This document shows positions 61,982 through 64,000 of a stretch of DNA of 64,000 bases, piece after piece. The stretch covers positions 8,267-72,266 of the forward strand of contig JBBISH010000017.1 in assembly GCA_037441385.1 (NCBI GenBank), read 5' to 3'. The stretch comes from Myxococcales bacterium. GTDB lineage: Bacteria; Myxococcota_A; UBA9042. The position numbers and the translations under genes were made by a program. Position 1 is the first letter of the stretch, and each line of letters opens with the position of its first letter. The notes beneath the pieces are model-generated. The model was not told the origin of the DNA, did no database searches, and saw nothing but the letters and a program-made list of their open reading frames with translations.

Positions 61982-63892
61982 ATGGCGATGGCGGCGACCG
62001 TGGCCTATCCAGGGCCGTGGCGGGCGATCGTGGTCGGCGGCGGTCACGCAGGCTGCGAGGCGGCCTTGTGCCTGGCACGCGGTGGCGCCGAAGTGCTGCT
62101 GCTGACGCAGAATGTCGATCGCATCGGCTGGATGTCGTGCAACCCGTCGATTGGCGGCGTGGGCAAGTCGCATCTGGTGGCCGAGATCGACGCGCTGGGT
62201 GGCGAGATGGCGGCCAACGCCGACCACTCTGGCGTGCAGTACAAGTGGCTGAACGAGTCGCGCGGGGCGGCGGTGCAGGCGCTGCGCGTGCAGTGCGACA
62301 AGCTGGCCTACGCCACCGCGATGCGGCAAGTCCTTGAAACGACGCCCGGCCTGCACATCAAACAGGGCAACGTTGCCCAGCTGTGGATCGAGGACGGTCA
62401 GCTGCGCGGCGTGGTGGCCGAGCCTGGCATCGCCTTTGCGGCCGAGGCGGTGGTCCTGACCGCCGGCACGTTCTTGGGCGGCGTCTTGCATACAGGGCTG
62501 CGGCAGCAGGCCGGTGGGCGGGCGGGCGACGCACCGTCGCTGGGGCTGGGCGATCAGCTGCGCGCCCTGGGCGTGGCCACTTTGCGGCACAAGACCGGGA
62601 CCTGCCCACGGGTCGACCTGCGCAGCGTGGATTGGGAGCGTTTGGAGGCCGATCCAGGGCTGACTCCCCCGCCACCGATGTCGCGCCGCTCGTCGGAGGT
62701 CGTGCTACCGCAGATGCCGTGCCACGTTGCCTACACCAATGCCAGGACGCACGAGTTGATCCGCAACGGGCTGGACCGCTCGCCGCTGTTCACCGGGGTC
62801 ATCGCGGGCACCGGGCCGCGCTACTGCCCGTCGATCGAGGACAAGGTGGTGCGGTTTGCCCACCACGAGCGCCACTACCTGTTCTTGGAGCGCGAGGGCT
62901 GGCAGACCGGCGAGGTGTACGTCAGCGGCCTTTCGACCTCGTTGCCGGCCGACGTGCAGGTGCAGGTGGTGCGCTCGATCGAAGGCATGGAACGGGCCGA
63001 GATCGTTCGCTTTGGCTACGCGGTGGAGTACGACGCCATCGACGCGCGCCAACTGGGCCGCGACTTGGGCTTGCCGGCGCTGCCGGGCCTGTACCTGGCC
63101 GGGCAGGTCAACGGCACCAGCGGCTACGAAGAGGCGGCGGCGCAAGGGTTGGTGGCGGGCGTGGCGGCACTGCGGCGGTTGCGCGGCGAGGCGCCGGTCG
63201 CGTTCGAACGCAGCCAAAGCTACATCGGCGTGATGGTCGATGACCTCATTACCCAAGGCGCGGCCGAGCCTTACCGCATGTTCACTTCGCGCGCCGAGCA
63301 TCGCTTGGAGCTGCGCTGTACCAACGCCGATCAGCGCCTGACGCCGCTGGGCCGCGAGTTGGGGCTGGTGGGCGACGCGCAGTGGCACGCCTTCGAACTC
63401 CGCCAGGCCAAGTTGGAGCGAGCCCGCCAGGTGCTGCGCGACACGGTGGTGCGGCCCACCCCGGACAACCTAGCGCATATCGCGACTTGGGACGCGGGCG
63501 GGCTGGGCACGCCGACCAGCCTGGCCCAGTTGCTGTGCCGACCGGCCGCGAGCTGGACCGACCTGAACCCGTGGCTGCCTGCGGACTTGCATGACCTGGA
63601 CCCCGACGCCCAGGCCGAGCTGACCGTTGAGGTTCGCTACGCCGGCTACATCGAACGCGAGCGCGCGCGCCAGGCGCGCAACCAGCGCCACGAGCACCTG
63701 CGCATTCCGGCCGAGCTCGACTACGCCACCGTCGGCGGTCTTTCCGCCGAGTGTCTGCAGAAGCTGCGGCAGGTTCGGCCCGACACGCTGGGCCAAGCGG
63801 CGCGGATCCCCGGGATCACTCCTGCGGCGGTGCAGGCGTTGGCGTTTGCCCTGCGCGGCCGCGGGCGGACCGAGCCAAGCCAGCGGTCTTGA
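61982..63892 (+). CDS. mnmG: tRNA uridine-5-carboxymethylaminomethyl(34) synthesis enzyme MnmG (GidA)
   Basis: VVGGGHAGCEAA, MSCNPSIGGVGK, KTGTCPR, GPRYCPSIEDK, AGQVNGTSGYEEAAAQG, EPYRMFTSRAE. Confidence 0.97.
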   Translation: MAMAATVAYPGPWRAIVVGGGHAGCEAALCLARGGAEVLLLTQNVDRIGWMSCNPSIGGVGKSHLVAEIDALGGEMAANADHSGVQYKWLNESRGAAVQALRVQCDKLAYATAMRQVLETTPGLHIKQGNVAQLWIEDGQLRGVVAEPGIAFAAEAVVLTAGTFLGGVLHTGLRQQAGGRAGDAPSLGLGDQLRALGVATLRHKTGTCPRVDLRSVDWERLEADPGLTPPPPMSRRSSEVVLPQMPCHVAYTNARTHELIRNGLDRSPLFTGVIAGTGPRYCPSIEDKVVRFAHHERHYLFLEREGWQTGEVYVSGLSTSLPADVQVQVVRSIEGMERAEIVRFGYAVEYDAIDARQLGRDLGLPALPGLYLAGQVNGTSGYEEAAAQGLVAGVAALRRLRGEAPVAFERSQSYIGVMVDDLITQGAAEPYRMFTSRAEHRLELRCTNADQRLTPLGRELGLVGDAQWHAFELRQAKLERARQVLRDTVVRPTPDNLAHIATWDAGGLGTPTSLAQLLCRPAASWTDLNPWLPADLHDLDPDAQAELTVEVRYAGYIERERARQARNQRHEHLRIPAELDYATVGGLSAECLQKLRQVRPDTLGQAARIPGITPAAVQALAFALRGRGRTEPSQRS

Positions 63893-64000
63893 AGGGGACG
63901 GTCCTCTTGCCCGAACTAGAGTCGGAGCCGGGACCTGAAGCCGAACCTGCAGCGGCATCCGAATCCGTGCAAAAGGTGTCAGGTATTGACACTTGACACC

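Overview
High-GC bacterial chromosomal segment, most consistent with a Myxococcota/'Deltaproteobacteria'-type organism (inferred from two Hanks-type Ser/Thr kinases, PEGA/TPR proteins, a TonB-C-fused TonB-dependent receptor, many Cys-rich lipoproteins and a Cys-rich Pal). About 50 densely packed genes mix housekeeping functions (tmk, lysC, grxC, ruvX, epmA, yaeQ, ccmF, ABC-F, secA, rarA, mnmG) with envelope and signalling genes. I found no tRNA, rRNA, CRISPR array, transposase or integrase. The most unusual signals are small and mostly non-coding: (i) a ~110-bp palindromic dispersed repeat that is intergenic at ~2.9 kb, inserted in frame in the HATPase domain of a hybrid histidine kinase at ~32.3 kb, and has partial copies at ~12.7 and ~30.2 kb; (ii) two loci (15.65 and 59.7 kb) built from short inverted-repeat modules and a shared 28-bp GC-rich module joined at CTAG; (iii) a frameshifted, internally deleted CZB-GGDEF (DgcZ-like) pseudogene; (iv) a long structured intergenic hairpin at 52.1 kb. 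Protein-level oddities include a pair of multi-DsbA proteins with mostly CxxS or degenerate sites, a 1767-aa Cys-repeat/lamin-tail lipoprotein, a CcmF with a large insertion and an EpmA with an N-terminal extension. All calls are by eye from motifs; no searches were run.
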